Positions 52,355 to 63,399 of a stretch of 64,000 nt of DNA are shown one piece after another. Position 1 is the first letter of the stretch. Every line of letters starts with the position of its first letter. The stretch spans positions 864,001 through 928,000 of the forward strand of contig OY781066.1 in the NCBI GenBank assembly GCA_963676395.1, in the 5' to 3' direction. Made by a program: the position numbers and the translations under genes. Under the pieces are notes generated by a model that made no database searches, was not told the origin of the DNA, and worked only from the letters and a program-made list of their open reading frames with translations. The DNA comes from a bacterium. GTDB taxonomy: Bacteria; Fidelibacterota; Fidelibacteria; Fidelibacterales; Fidelibacteraceae.

Positions 52355-53269
52355 TTAGAAATAGCCTTCGCGTTTTTTCTGTTCCATACTCGCTTCCTGA
52401 TCAAAATCGATCACGCGAGTGGTACGTTCGGATTCGGTGGTGGTCATCATTTCTTCTACGATCTTTTCAATGGTGTCGGCTTCGGATCTTACCGCACCGG
52501 TGAGAGGATAACAACCCAATGTTCTGAATCTGACCATTTCCATTTTCGCTTTAGCGGCCAATTCTTTTGGCATTCGCTCATCGTCAACCAAGATCAATGC
52601 GCCGTTGTATTCAACTACGGGACGTTCTTTTGCGTAGTACAAAGGAACAATGGGAATATTTTCCAAACGGATATATTGCCAAACATCCAATTCAGTCCAA
52701 TTTGAAATCGGAAAAACACGAATAGATTCACCTTTCATTACCCGGGTATTATAGTTCGCCCACAATTCGGGACGCTGATTTTTGGGATCCCATTGATGAA
52801 ATTGATCACGAAATGAAAAAATACGTTCTTTCGCTCGTGATTTTTCCTCATCTCGTCTAGCTCCACCGAATGCCGCATCAAAACCGTGCTTATTCAAGCC
52901 GGCAAGAAGTGCCTGAGTTTTCATGATATCGGTATGAACTTTTGATCCATGCGTAAAAGGACCCACGCCACTCTCAAAACCTTCTTTATTATAATGAACG
53001 ATCAAATCCCAACCTTTTTCTTTGGCATAATTATCTCTAAAATCAATCATTTCCCTGAACTTCCATTTAGAATCAATATGCATCAAAGGAAAAGGAACTT
53101 TTCCGGGGTAAAATGCTTTTTCGGCCAAGCGAACCATCACAGAAGAATCCTTCCCAATGGAGTAAAGCATAACCGGATTTTCAAATTCTGCAGCCACCTC
53201 ACGTATAATGTGAATGGCCTCTGCTTCAAGTTCTCTCAAATGCGAGAGCGAATAATTTTCTATACTCAT
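52355..53269 (-). CDS. cysD: Sulfate adenylyltransferase subunit 2
   Basis: [42 protein letters not shown]. Confidence 0.97.
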   Translation of the reverse strand: MSIENYSLSHLRELEAEAIHIIREVAAEFENPVMLYSIGKDSSVMVRLAEKAFYPGKVPFPLMHIDSKWKFREMIDFRDNYAKEKGWDLIVHYNKEGFESGVGPFTHGSKVHTDIMKTQALLAGLNKHGFDAAFGGARRDEEKSRAKERIFSFRDQFHQWDPKNQRPELWANYNTRVMKGESIRVFPISNWTELDVWQYIRLENIPIVPLYYAKERPVVEYNGALILVDDERMPKELAAKAKMEMVRFRTLGCYPLTGAVRSEADTIEKIVEEMMTTTESERTTRVIDFDQEASMEQKKREGYF

Positions 53270-53871
53270 TTCGTCTCAATAATATGGTTTTCGATTAAAT
53301 ATTGTATCACAATGCCTGCAGATTCCTCCAGGCTTTCTTTATTTGTATTTACAATGATCTCAGGTTCTTCGGGAGCTTCATATGGTGAGCTGATCCCGGT
53401 GAAAGCCTTGATCTCATGACTTCTTGCTTTAGCATATAAACCTTTTACATCGCGTTGTTCGCAGACCTCCAGAGGACAGTCAACAAATACTTCAATAAAG
53501 CGTCCTTTTTCAAGAATGCTTCTCACTTGGGCTCTATCATCCATAAAGGGTGAAATAAAGGCCGTCAGCGTAATCAATCCGGCATCTGTAAACAGTTTAC
53601 TTACCTCGCCAATACGGCGAATGTTTTCTTTTCGATCTTCGTCGGAAAACCCAAGATCACCATTCAAACCGTGGCGTACATTATCACCATCAAGGATATA
53701 CGATGGATAACCCATGTCATATAATTTTTTTTCCACAGCTTCGGCGACGGTACTTTTACCCGAGCCGGAAAGTCCGGTAAACCACAAGCAAACACCTTTC
53801 TGTTTCAGCAGAGCTTCGCGATCTTTTTGACTAATGGCGTGATCCTGCCATTTTACATTTGTAGACTTCAT
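53266..53871 (-). CDS. cysC: Adenylyl-sulfate kinase
   Basis: [38 protein letters not shown]. Confidence 0.97.
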   Translation of the reverse strand: MKSTNVKWQDHAISQKDREALLKQKGVCLWFTGLSGSGKSTVAEAVEKKLYDMGYPSYILDGDNVRHGLNGDLGFSDEDRKENIRRIGEVSKLFTDAGLITLTAFISPFMDDRAQVRSILEKGRFIEVFVDCPLEVCEQRDVKGLYAKARSHEIKAFTGISSPYEAPEEPEIIVNTNKESLEESAGIVIQYLIENHIIETK

Positions 53872-55085
53872 TTTTTCAAGGCCTCCAAAAAGGGCATCAA
53901 ATGTACACGGGGTACATTCATACCTAATTCGATATCCGGCTTTATGCTACCATGAAAATCGGAGCCTGCCGTCACTAACAAATCATATTTTTTTGCGTAT
54001 CGTAAGTACTCTTTTTGTTCTTCTTTACTGTGTTTAGAGTAATAAGCTTCAATTCCCATTAGGCCATAGCTCTTTAATTCAGCGATCAGTGCTTCTAATT
54101 CTTCACCCTTAAGCTTGGTTTGATAAGGATGAGCAATCACCGGAATACCACCGGCATCCAGAATTAATCTTATCGCATCTTTGGGTGCAAGTCGCTGTTT
54201 ATCCATATACAAAGGTTGGCCTTTAGCCAGATATTTATCAAAAGCTTCCTGATAACTTGTAACATAGCCCTTCGCCAACATCAAGTTGGCGAAATGAGGA
54301 CGACCGATCATTCCACCTTTAGCTTCTTCTAACAACTCATCCATTGTGATATGAAAGCCTTCCTTTGCCATTTTTTTCAACATGGTTTCATTGCGTTTTC
54401 GGCGAGCCTCCTGCAAGAATGTCAAACTTGTTTTCAGCCCTTCATGATCGGGATGAAAGCCATAACCTAAAATGTGTAAAGTGCCTTTGTATTCAGCGGA
54501 GATCTCAACGCCTGGAATATAAGTCAATCCTTCCGGCACCATGCCGATGTGTGAAACATGGTCAAAATTATCGTGATCGGTGATAGAGATATACTCACAT
54601 TTTTCTTCAACTGCCTTCGCGATCAGCTCTTTGGGTGTCATCGTACCATCGGAATACGTCGTGTGTGAGTGCAAATCAATTGAGATATTCAACTGATAGC
54701 TCAAATTCCATACACGCTCATGTAAATAGTAACCAATGGTTTTTATCACGGTTTCTATCAGTGCCGCCCACCCGGCCCATATAGGTTCATTGGTAACCAG
54801 TAAAACCAGAACCAGCGTATCCAACATAGCAACACCACGCCAGGTAAGGGTTTTTAACAAAGAACGAAGCTTGCTGCCTTTCACCGGCTTATTGATCAAT
54901 GCCCACCCTTTTTCATGCAACCAATACAGTCCCATTTTAGTGAAAAATTCCGCTCCAACAATGGAAACTGCCGCGATCATATCGCGTGACAACATAAAAA
55001 TTATAGAAATAGTTAAAACGGACGCAATAATGCGCCAAGAGATGGTTTTAACCAATGCTCGGTTTTTTAGGATAAATTTGTTCAA
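53868..55085 (-). CDS. Fusion: two DUF2061-like membrane hairpins + PHP-family phosphoesterase (TrpH/YciV-like)
   Basis: R.L.KT.SWR...YWLHEKGW and [10 protein letters not shown]...YYLHERVW; then [38 protein letters not shown] start. Confidence 0.85.
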   Translation of the reverse strand: MNKFILKNRALVKTISWRIIASVLTISIIFMLSRDMIAAVSIVGAEFFTKMGLYWLHEKGWALINKPVKGSKLRSLLKTLTWRGVAMLDTLVLVLLVTNEPIWAGWAALIETVIKTIGYYLHERVWNLSYQLNISIDLHSHTTYSDGTMTPKELIAKAVEEKCEYISITDHDNFDHVSHIGMVPEGLTYIPGVEISAEYKGTLHILGYGFHPDHEGLKTSLTFLQEARRKRNETMLKKMAKEGFHITMDELLEEAKGGMIGRPHFANLMLAKGYVTSYQEAFDKYLAKGQPLYMDKQRLAPKDAIRLILDAGGIPVIAHPYQTKLKGEELEALIAELKSYGLMGIEAYYSKHSKEEQKEYLRYAKKYDLLVTAGSDFHGSIKPDIELGMNVPRVHLMPFLEALKK

Positions 55086-55342
55086 AAAGCAGTCCTGTGT
55101 GTAAAAATATCAATGTGTAATATAGGTTTTTGCGAAGTAAATAGAAATGAAAATCGTGAGGCGCGGAGACTCAAAATGTCAAATTTAATGAATCAAAGTG
55201 ATTCGAGAGTCATCTATAAAAACATAAGAAAGAAGAGGCACGCAAAACGTGCCTCCCAAAAGACTCAACTTTCAATTATTTATTAAGTGCTAAAATAATC
55301 TTTATGTTGTTTTTTTAGTTTTATTTTATGCCTTGACTTCGA

Positions 55343-56680
55343 CTACGCCAAAGACCCCATCGGATCCCACGGTTTCAATTCGATTGGCTTAGTTTCCCAT
55401 GCGGCAAGCTGTTCCTGACTAAGATATTTCTTATCGATCACGATCTGATAAACATATTCATCAAACCATTTGTCACTCATTACAAAATAACCTTTATCGC
55501 CGTTCTTTTCACCCCAGCTGTTCTCAACCTTCCAACGATTAGGTTTTCCCTCCACCAAATTTACACCGGCAATAACCATAGCATGAGTCATGAGACTTTC
55601 ACCATAATCCAAACGACCGGCTTTATCAAGGGTAAATTCGACATCTAAAACATCTTCATAAGCATAAACATCTTCATCAAGAATGCCACGTTCGCGTTTC
55701 ATTTTTTTACCAACATCCGAACCGAACCATACAGGTTCATTATCCATCAGCGGCTTAAGCGTGAGCGCTTTGAATTCACTCATATCCAAATTCAAATACT
55801 TGACCGAATTACCACCTTCGACATTTCCCAAGTACTGAACCGTGTAAGTCTTATTAAAAGGCTTATCTTTTGTTGGCGCATTGATAATGGAAATATAATT
55901 TTTCAGATCCATGCCTACATATTTTTCATAAAATGACTTAGGTGTCAAGTTGCGTTCCGCAATGAAATTTTTATCTTTATCCACAACCTCAAAATCAAAC
56001 TCCATCGGTGGAATCCCCAGAAATAGCGTCAATTGTCTGTAAAATTCTTCCAACATGGTTTTCTTGCAAGAATACAACTGCTCAAGACTTTTTCCTTTTG
56101 CGTATGCCTCACGAAGTTTTTGCGCATTACCCCGGAGAATCAGCGTAAGGATCTGATTCATACGTGATGAATTTGAGCTGTGGAAAGTTTCCGGCATCAC
56201 GGCTTTTGGCACCACACCATATTTATCGATCAAGGCGGTAAACATATCCCACTGACCACCATCTTGCAACGGACTGGCAAGCAACCACATGATCAAGCGA
56301 GAGTCGACATCCTCATCCAATGTTTCAAGGATATTTTCTAAAAAGTAGTTCGCTTTTTCAAGTTTATCAAAAAACATGGCATATGATTGAGATAATTCAA
56401 ATTCTTTTAAATTTAACTTTTGCATCACTTTAAAACGCATGGTATTTAAACCGGCAAACAACCAGCAACGACCACTACGTTGTTGATCTGTGATCTTACC
56501 TGTTTCTATATCGATCGAAAATGTATGCTGCTGTAAAGATGCGGCTTTGTGATCCAGTGAAGCTTCGTCCAATCCTACATTTAAAATAGAATTGCGAACC
56601 ATCGCGTCTCGTTTATTTTCTTTGGCGGCTGATTCCAGTTTTTTATACCAGTCGGCAGAAATAGCTGTACGTTTATTCAT
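55343..56680 (-). CDS. pepC: Aminopeptidase C / bleomycin hydrolase (C1B)
   Basis: QQRSGRCWLFA, DGGQWDM, MTHAM, WKVENSWG, PWDPMGSLA. Confidence 0.95.
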   Translation of the reverse strand: MNKRTAISADWYKKLESAAKENKRDAMVRNSILNVGLDEASLDHKAASLQQHTFSIDIETGKITDQQRSGRCWLFAGLNTMRFKVMQKLNLKEFELSQSYAMFFDKLEKANYFLENILETLDEDVDSRLIMWLLASPLQDGGQWDMFTALIDKYGVVPKAVMPETFHSSNSSRMNQILTLILRGNAQKLREAYAKGKSLEQLYSCKKTMLEEFYRQLTLFLGIPPMEFDFEVVDKDKNFIAERNLTPKSFYEKYVGMDLKNYISIINAPTKDKPFNKTYTVQYLGNVEGGNSVKYLNLDMSEFKALTLKPLMDNEPVWFGSDVGKKMKRERGILDEDVYAYEDVLDVEFTLDKAGRLDYGESLMTHAMVIAGVNLVEGKPNRWKVENSWGEKNGDKGYFVMSDKWFDEYVYQIVIDKKYLSQEQLAAWETKPIELKPWDPMGSLA

Positions 56681-56918
56681 ATATGATCTCCTTTAATTTG
56701 TGGAAAATTTACAACAATATGAGGCAAGAGACAAACCTCAAGAAACAATAATAGTTAATTTACTCTTCTTAAAATTATATGTATGATTCGAGTTATATTA
56801 CCACCATCAATTCAATTAATTTTTAATATTATTCGTTATTAGATTATTCATTGCCAACTATTCTCTTGCCCTTCCACGCTTTTTTCCCGAATTTACATCA
56901 TCAACCTAAGGAGATTCC

Positions 56919-57572
56919 ATGAAAACGTTTAATCATGTTTTGATCATTACTTTAGCTGCACTTACTCTTCTTTCCTGTGGGTCACAATCCAAAACTTATT
57001 ATCCCATGGAAAAAGGATTAACGTTAAGCTACAGCATCGACGGCGATCTTAAAACCATAGAATATTTCGGAGAAAGAAAACTCGAAGGTAAAAAAGTGAT
57101 ACCTTTAAAGATCACAAAAGGCGAGGATATTTCCTTTATGTTCTTTTCAAAGAATGGCAAAGGCGTTTCGATATTTGCCGAACAAACTGCCAATATGAGT
57201 GAGCCGGTAATTTTTGAAGAACCCGAACTACTATACGCCGAACCTTTTAAGGCGAAACAAAGCTGGAAACGCAATTTAACAACAACACTCATGATGGTTA
57301 AAGAACAAGTTCCCATGACCTATGTCATTCAAAAAGGAACTGAAACTGTCACAGTTGCTGCCGGTACTTTTAACAAATGCATGAAAGTGATCGCTACCGG
57401 ATCTATCGAACGTGAAAAAGGTCTTTGGGGTACAGTGAGACTTGATGTCACTCGCACAGATTGGTATGCACCAAAAGTCGGACTGATCAAATCGGTCGTT
57501 CATAAAGTGGCAAACCATGTGATGGTTGGTGAAGAAACCAAGATCACGCAGTTGACAGAATATAAAAAATAA
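56919..57572 (+). CDS. Hypothetical lipoprotein
   Basis: LLSC lipobox; ETVTVAAGTF..C, WYAPKVGLIK motifs. Confidence 0.75.
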   Translation: MKTFNHVLIITLAALTLLSCGSQSKTYYPMEKGLTLSYSIDGDLKTIEYFGERKLEGKKVIPLKITKGEDISFMFFSKNGKGVSIFAEQTANMSEPVIFEEPELLYAEPFKAKQSWKRNLTTTLMMVKEQVPMTYVIQKGTETVTVAAGTFNKCMKVIATGSIEREKGLWGTVRLDVTRTDWYAPKVGLIKSVVHKVANHVMVGEETKITQLTEYKK

Positions 57573-57758
57573 GTCAATTGATATATGATAATAAATACAA
57601 GGAACGGTCACGACCGTTCCTTACTTTTTTTATAAGATGATTTTTTATCGGTTGCTATAATTCTAGATATTGTAAAATCGTTATTGTAAGAAGAGACTTA
57701 AATATACTCCCGCACTACGTTTCCGTGGATAGGCTATCGTGTCTCTGCATTTTACAAT

Positions 57759-58214
57759 TTACGAAATCGCGTCAATCCTTAGGCTGATCTTACGCGCGTG
57801 TCCAATTTCTTGCAAACGCAATTCATCAAATACGTTGACAATATCATCGGAAATATAAGAAAGAGTCATCAACATCGAATAAGTTAATTCCGTGTTTTTT
57901 TCTCGTTCCAATGCAACTTTCAACACTTCCAAAGCTGTAGGATCTTCAGGGATCACAGACGTTTGAACGACTTTATTCATAATGCTCGTATCAACTTCCA
58001 TTTCTTTTAATAATGTGTCCGCTGCGACCTTTTCTTCGTCGAGCAATTCTTTTAATCGATTTTGATGATCGATCTCTTCGCTCGAAAGTTTTACCAAAAG
58101 ATCTTTTACATCGCCGGCTTCAATTTTTTGGGATGCTCGTGTGTAAAATTGAAAACTTTCGTTTTCGATCTTGATAGCATACTCAATGATCTCTTTGACT
58201 GTAAATATTTTCAT
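57759..58214 (-). CDS. Ferritin-like/rubrerythrin family di-iron protein
   Basis: AIKIE...FY, EEIDH, ALERE...Y, QEIGH. Confidence 0.85.
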   Translation of the reverse strand: MKIFTVKEIIEYAIKIENESFQFYTRASQKIEAGDVKDLLVKLSSEEIDHQNRLKELLDEEKVAADTLLKEMEVDTSIMNKVVQTSVIPEDPTALEVLKVALEREKNTELTYSMLMTLSYISDDIVNVFDELRLQEIGHARKISLRIDAIS

Positions 58215-58291
58215 TTTAGCCTCGTTATTTCTAACAAAATAATGTTCGTTTATAAAGGCGAATACATAGATCAGCCCCTACATTCGGATTT

Positions 58292-60082
58292 TTATGCTTG
58301 ATTCAGGTATTTATCAATTCCCTTGGCCGCGCGATGTCCATCGGCAATGGCAGTAATGGCATCGGTGCCTCCGGTGATATCGCCACCGACAAACAACCAT
58401 GGAATTGAACTCTGTGAAAAGGCATCGACTTTTACACGATTGCGCTCTGTCATTGCAAGTTCTTCATCCAAATCTTCGCTCATGTAGTTTATATCCATAC
58501 CTTGACCGATAGCCTCAACAATCTGATCTGCTTCAAAGAAATTACTGTCATCTTTATCGAACTTAGGATTAAATCTGCCTTCTTCATCAAATACACTTAA
58601 ACAACGGATCACATTCAATCCCTTGATCTTATCGTTTTCGATCTTAATATCCTTAGGACCCCATCCGGCATTGATCACAACATTTTCTTCACGAGATTCT
58701 ACGATCTCTTCTAAGTCTGCAGGCATCACATCTTCGGTTTCAAGGGAAGTCAAAATCAGCTGAACCTTGCCATACTTTTGATTTTGTATGCGTGCCATGG
58801 TCCTTGCGATATCCATAGCAACATTTCCACCACCAATTACGACAACCTTTTCGGCGACTTCGATCTCTTTGCCGTCGGTCACATCACGAAGCAGATCCAC
58901 TGCTTGGAATACCATCGAATGATCTGTTCCCGCTACACGCGTTGAACGACCCAAATGCAAACCGGTCGCAGAGAAAACGGCATCATTTTCTTTATGCAGT
59001 TTTTTCATGCTGATATCTTTACCGACACGCGTATTAAAAATAAACTCTACACCCAGGTCTTTAATATATTGAATATCTTTATCCAATTGGTCGTAAGGTA
59101 AACGATATTCGGGAATACCGTAACGAGTCATACCACCGGGTTCCGCCATTGCTTCATAAACCTTAATTTGATAACCTAAGTTGGCAAGATAATATGCGGC
59201 AGACAGGCCACCTGGACCGGCGCCAATAATAGCGATCTTCTTGTCTTTCTGTTCAAAGCCGTCGGCTCCCAGGATATCTTTATATTTTTCAATGGGAACC
59301 TGGTCGGCAATATAACGCTTCAGCCAGCGAATAGATAATGGATCGCCCTTGTATTGCATAGCACAAACCGTTTCACAGTTGTGAGTACATACACGGCCAC
59401 AAACTTCGGGAAGCGGGTTGGTTTCATAAAGAATTCTCAAACCTTCTTCCATATCGTCATTTCGTATGGCTTTAATGTATTGGGGAATGCCCATGTGTGC
59501 CGGGCAAGTGGCAATACAAATACCGCATTCAACGCAACGGTCGGCTTCTTTGATCGCTTGTTCTTTTGAATATCCCTTAACGATCTCTATAAATGACTTA
59601 TCGCGATCTTCGGGTTTAAGCTCTTCCATTTGAACGCGTGACGTGGGATACAATTCATAATTATCGGGTTTTCTGTAACCTTTTTCATGATTGTCCCAAG
59701 GCTTGTTCTCGGCACCAGGAACAAAGCGAAATACTTCGGGATCATTATCCACCCATTTAAATTCGTTGGACATGCTCAGAGAACCCGTTGTACAGATATC
59801 CACGCAAAGTCCACACCAACAGCAGCGGCCATAATCAATTTTAGGGCGCAAGCCACTATCGCCGGATTTTGTTTCTTGTCCCTCGACCGGTACCATATCA
59901 ATGGCAGCGTTCTGACAAATCGCTTCGCAAGTTCCGCAACCGATACATGTTTCCATATCATTTTGATGGAAACCACGGTAGCGGTCTGCACCTTCTCGTT
60001 CGAGAGGTTTCTTTATTGTGCCCGGTTCTTGAACAACATTCTTCCAGGCTAAAAAGGGAGAGAGTACATCTTTTAAGCTCAT
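58292..60082 (-). CDS. 2x[4Fe-4S] (MbxN/NuoI-like) domain fused to a GltD/SudA-like NAD(P)H flavoprotein
   Basis: RYRGFH..CIGCGTCEAIC, CCWCGLCVDIC; EADRCVEC, CPAH, CGRVCTH.CE; IIGAGPGG, VIGGGNVAMD. Confidence 0.88.
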   Translation of the reverse strand: MSLKDVLSPFLAWKNVVQEPGTIKKPLEREGADRYRGFHQNDMETCIGCGTCEAICQNAAIDMVPVEGQETKSGDSGLRPKIDYGRCCWCGLCVDICTTGSLSMSNEFKWVDNDPEVFRFVPGAENKPWDNHEKGYRKPDNYELYPTSRVQMEELKPEDRDKSFIEIVKGYSKEQAIKEADRCVECGICIATCPAHMGIPQYIKAIRNDDMEEGLRILYETNPLPEVCGRVCTHNCETVCAMQYKGDPLSIRWLKRYIADQVPIEKYKDILGADGFEQKDKKIAIIGAGPGGLSAAYYLANLGYQIKVYEAMAEPGGMTRYGIPEYRLPYDQLDKDIQYIKDLGVEFIFNTRVGKDISMKKLHKENDAVFSATGLHLGRSTRVAGTDHSMVFQAVDLLRDVTDGKEIEVAEKVVVIGGGNVAMDIARTMARIQNQKYGKVQLILTSLETEDVMPADLEEIVESREENVVINAGWGPKDIKIENDKIKGLNVIRCLSVFDEEGRFNPKFDKDDSNFFEADQIVEAIGQGMDINYMSEDLDEELAMTERNRVKVDAFSQSSIPWLFVGGDITGGTDAITAIADGHRAAKGIDKYLNQA

Positions 60083-60086
60083 TCTC

Positions 60087-61265
60087 TTACCTTTCAATTT
60101 CGGGTGGATAGGTATGTAGTGAGGTCATTAATCCCGCCGTATCGGCGATATTACAATCGATGGCCAATTTTTCCATCAAGGCAACGGCATGTGTGTATGA
60201 CGGTCCCCGAACATTCACACGTCGAGGATATCCGCTTCCATCGGTGACAGTATAAAAACCATACTCACCGCGAGTACATTCCGCGCGAACATAAGTCTCA
60301 CCTTTAGGTATCTTCCAGTGCAGCATATTGGGCATCTTAGCCATAAAATCGCCCTTTTTAGGCATTTTTACCAGAATCTGACGAATGAGATCTACGCTCA
60401 TCTTCATTTCCCGGAAACGCAACCAAACACGGTTATAAGCATCGGAGTGCGTATCGGTCAATACCTCAAAATCCAATTCCGGATACTTCAAGTAGGGATA
60501 ATCCTTACGAACGTCTTTAGCCACACCTGCCGCACGGGCGTTTGGTCCTGTTACACCATATTGTTCAACCATTTCAGGAGTAATTATACCAAGATCTTTA
60601 GCACGCAATTTAAAGATACTATTCGAGAAAAGAGTCGATTCTATATCCTTCATTGCGCGTTCAACTTCTTTGAGTGTCTCTTCCATACGACCTTCAAAGC
60701 CTTCGGGAAGTGTCCCGCGGACACCGCCGGGGATAATGAACATACGGTAAATGCGACCTCCGGTGAGTTCTTCAAAACGATCCAACATATAATCACGGAC
60801 CAGATTACTCCACTGTGCAATAATGCCCAATCCAAAAGCGCCACTCTGACCGCCCAACCACATCAAAAAAGATGTAAGTCGTGACATTTCCAGAATGAGT
60901 GTTCTCATCCATTCGGCATATTCGGGGATCTTGATCCCGGCTAATTCTTCTACGGATGCCGCAAAACAATATTCATTAAAATCAGGCTCGGGAACAGCAA
61001 TTCGGCATACCAGCGGAAAGCACTGGATGAACTTACGTCGTTCCATTAATTTTTCAAAACCCCGATGCAGATAACCCACATGGGTTTTACAGCTCATAAC
61101 TTCATCACCTTGCAAGATCAGCTCCAACGACATATTACCGGTAATACCGGGATGCTGAGGTCCCTGCCAAACATGGATGAACTTATGACTTTCAAGATCA
61201 ATGATGTTGGTTCCATCCGGATTTTTGTCGGGGAACTTATCTCTGTATTTTTTCAAGTCAGCCAT
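60087..61265 (-). CDS. MBX/MBS large subunit (MbxL, NuoD homolog; no NiFe ligands)
   Basis: GPQHPG, GYLHRGFEKL, RIAVPE, PGGV, E.TRGE, RGPSY, PPEIER. Confidence 0.85.
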   Translation of the reverse strand: MADLKKYRDKFPDKNPDGTNIIDLESHKFIHVWQGPQHPGITGNMSLELILQGDEVMSCKTHVGYLHRGFEKLMERRKFIQCFPLVCRIAVPEPDFNEYCFAASVEELAGIKIPEYAEWMRTLILEMSRLTSFLMWLGGQSGAFGLGIIAQWSNLVRDYMLDRFEELTGGRIYRMFIIPGGVRGTLPEGFEGRMEETLKEVERAMKDIESTLFSNSIFKLRAKDLGIITPEMVEQYGVTGPNARAAGVAKDVRKDYPYLKYPELDFEVLTDTHSDAYNRVWLRFREMKMSVDLIRQILVKMPKKGDFMAKMPNMLHWKIPKGETYVRAECTRGEYGFYTVTDGSGYPRRVNVRGPSYTHAVALMEKLAIDCNIADTAGLMTSLHTYPPEIER

Positions 61266-61266
61266 C

Positions 61267-61794
61267 TTATTCCTCCGGATAGAGTTTTTTCTTCATGTAT
61301 TCGGCCGGATCATGCGTCACACGTCCGGGTCTCTCAAAATATGTTTCTTCCGAATACTTCTTGGTATCAAAGTCGCGACGATAAGGCGGGATATCCTGCC
61401 AACCTTCAAGAATGAAAGGCTCGTCGATACGCGGAGAGTTCGGGAAATCGATACCAAACATCTCTTTTAATTCACGCTGATAGGTCGCTGCTTGCTTCCA
61501 TAGGTGATGAATTGAATCCATTTCGGCTTTATCCCGGTCCAACATGACTCTCACCGCAATGTCGATTTTCTTGCTATGATTATTGAGAATATAGGTCAAT
61601 TGAAACTGACCATCTTCCAACCAATCAACCGCCGTCAACAGCACCAAATGTCCAAAACCTGCATCATTTTTCAGATAGCTGATCAATGCCAAAGCATTGA
61701 CCTTTTTAACCGTTAAAAATACTTCGTTGGGACGCTGTTCCACGACCTTGGAAGTAGCAAAACGATCTTTTAATTCTTTTAATAGTTCTTTCAT
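61267..61794 (-). CDS. MbxK / NuoC-like subunit
   Basis: LTAVDW, FQLTY, RELKEMFGIDF, PPYRRDF. Confidence 0.85.
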   Translation of the reverse strand: MKELLKELKDRFATSKVVEQRPNEVFLTVKKVNALALISYLKNDAGFGHLVLLTAVDWLEDGQFQLTYILNNHSKKIDIAVRVMLDRDKAEMDSIHHLWKQAATYQRELKEMFGIDFPNSPRIDEPFILEGWQDIPPYRRDFDTKKYSEETYFERPGRVTHDPAEYMKKKLYPEE

Positions 61795-61814
61795 GATTGC
61801 TTCCTTGATCGGGT

Positions 61815-62459
61815 CTACCAGTTATAATCCGGCATATCCCATTGTTTAATAATCTTTTTCTGATTGGCTTTATACCATTCGAAATTTTCGGCATACTCGT
61901 TCTGCCCTTCGGCCTTTCCGGCACGAATGCGTTTCTTGAGTTCTTCAAAACCCGCAAGAAGAGCTTCGGGACGAGGCATACAACCGGTGATATAAACATC
62001 CACAGGCAAATAATGATCAAGACGATTAATGGTATTATAAGAATCCCAATACATACCGCCGTTCACGGTACACGACCCAAGGCCAACAACAAACTTAGGG
62101 CCCTGCATCTGCTCGTAGGAACGAATAACGCGTTTTAAGGTCTTTACAGACATGTAACCGCTGATCATAAAGACATTCGCCTGACGAGGGGTAGGACGCC
62201 ACTGGATACCAAAACGGTAGGCATCAAAGCGCGGTGTCATCAACGGACGCATTTCAATGGCGCCGCAGCCGGTGCCAAAACCGAGAATCCACAAGGATTC
62301 ACTGCGTGCCCAATTAAGAAATTTTTCCCAAATCTTCACAGCCGACGCTTTATGAACTTTCGGTACTTCTCCGCAGAAATAATCCTGCATAGGATCGACC
62401 TCGAACTGTTTGCCGTCCGGGCCGGTGACCATTCTTTTTTTATTATCGTATTCTGACAT
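61815..62459 (-). CDS. MbxJ / NuoB-like Fe-S subunit
   Basis: GTGCGAIE, PTPRQAN, GSCTVNGG, PVDVYITGCMPRPEA; start set at MSEYDN. Confidence 0.88.
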   Translation of the reverse strand: MSEYDNKKRMVTGPDGKQFEVDPMQDYFCGEVPKVHKASAVKIWEKFLNWARSESLWILGFGTGCGAIEMRPLMTPRFDAYRFGIQWRPTPRQANVFMISGYMSVKTLKRVIRSYEQMQGPKFVVGLGSCTVNGGMYWDSYNTINRLDHYLPVDVYITGCMPRPEALLAGFEELKKRIRAGKAEGQNEYAENFEWYKANQKKIIKQWDMPDYNW

Positions 62460-62475
62460 GAATAATCCTTCTTGT

Positions 62476-63399
62476 CTATAATAGTAATGATGTAACGATG
62501 ATTGCAATAATACCTAAAGGCAATGCATATTTATAAAACCAGCGTATTGAGTGATCAGCGCGAAATCTTGGAAAAACAACACCCACGATAACCGAAACCA
62601 TATAGATCAAAAAGACCTTCAGGATCAGCACGCCCCAATTGGTAGCTCCACCAAAAAAGAGATTCATAAACAGCACGGTCTTAGCCATAGGAAAGATGGC
62701 TCTATTGGTTTGCAAAACACCCAAAAAAGTGGAATGAAATTCTGTAGGTGGTCCAATGGGAATTTCCTGAGGCGCAAGCACAATATCAAACGGCGAACGC
62801 ATCATGGTTCCAAGAAAAGCGATCAAACCAAGAACAGTAACCAAAGGATTGGTCATCATGGTCCAATTCATGATCCCCCCTTGCTGTGCAGCAACAATGG
62901 TGGTAATATTCAGCGATTGATACTGAATAGCCACGCCAATGAATGACAACACCATAGGGATCTCAGCGGCTGTCACCTGTGCCAAACCTCGACCAACACC
63001 CAGTGCGGAGTAAGGATGTCCACCTTGACCGGCACCTAAAGCCATACCCAATGTTCCAAAGAAAATAAAGTACAGCACCAGAATCATATCTCCTGCCACC
63101 GAAAAGTTTGAAAACATCTCAGAACCAAAAATCGCCGGTACAAACAAAAACACACCAATACCGCCTGTTAGTCGAAAAACAGGACCCAGATAGAACATCA
63201 CGCCATGTGAAATATTTGATCGCAACCCATAATTTTTAATAAGATCAATATAAGGTTGATACCATCGAATACCATAGCGCCCTCCAACACGAGCACCGAT
63301 CTTTCGAATAACACCCTGAAGGATTAATCCAACATTTAAAATAATGAATAACGAAAGTATCGCATAAGGTATTTTTATCCATTGAAATTCCATCATCAT
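62476..63399 (-). CDS. MbxM / NuoH-like membrane subunit
   Basis: RKIGAR..R.G...QP..D..K, RSPFD..A.QEI..GP.TE, PRFR.D. Confidence 0.88.
   Translation of the reverse strand: MMMEFQWIKIPYAILSLFIILNVGLILQGVIRKIGARVGGRYGIRWYQPYIDLIKNYGLRSNISHGVMFYLGPVFRLTGGIGVFLFVPAIFGSEMFSNFSVAGDMILVLYFIFFGTLGMALGAGQGGHPYSALGVGRGLAQVTAAEIPMVLSFIGVAIQYQSLNITTIVAAQQGGIMNWTMMTNPLVTVLGLIAFLGTMMRSPFDIVLAPQEIPIGPPTEFHSTFLGVLQTNRAIFPMAKTVLFMNLFFGGATNWGVLILKVFLIYMVSVIVGVVFPRFRADHSIRWFYKYALPLGIIAIIVTSLLL

Noticed and set aside
60087..61265. Group 4 [NiFe]-hydrogenase large subunit
   Set aside because: Lacks both N- and C-terminal CxxC nickel-binding motifs.
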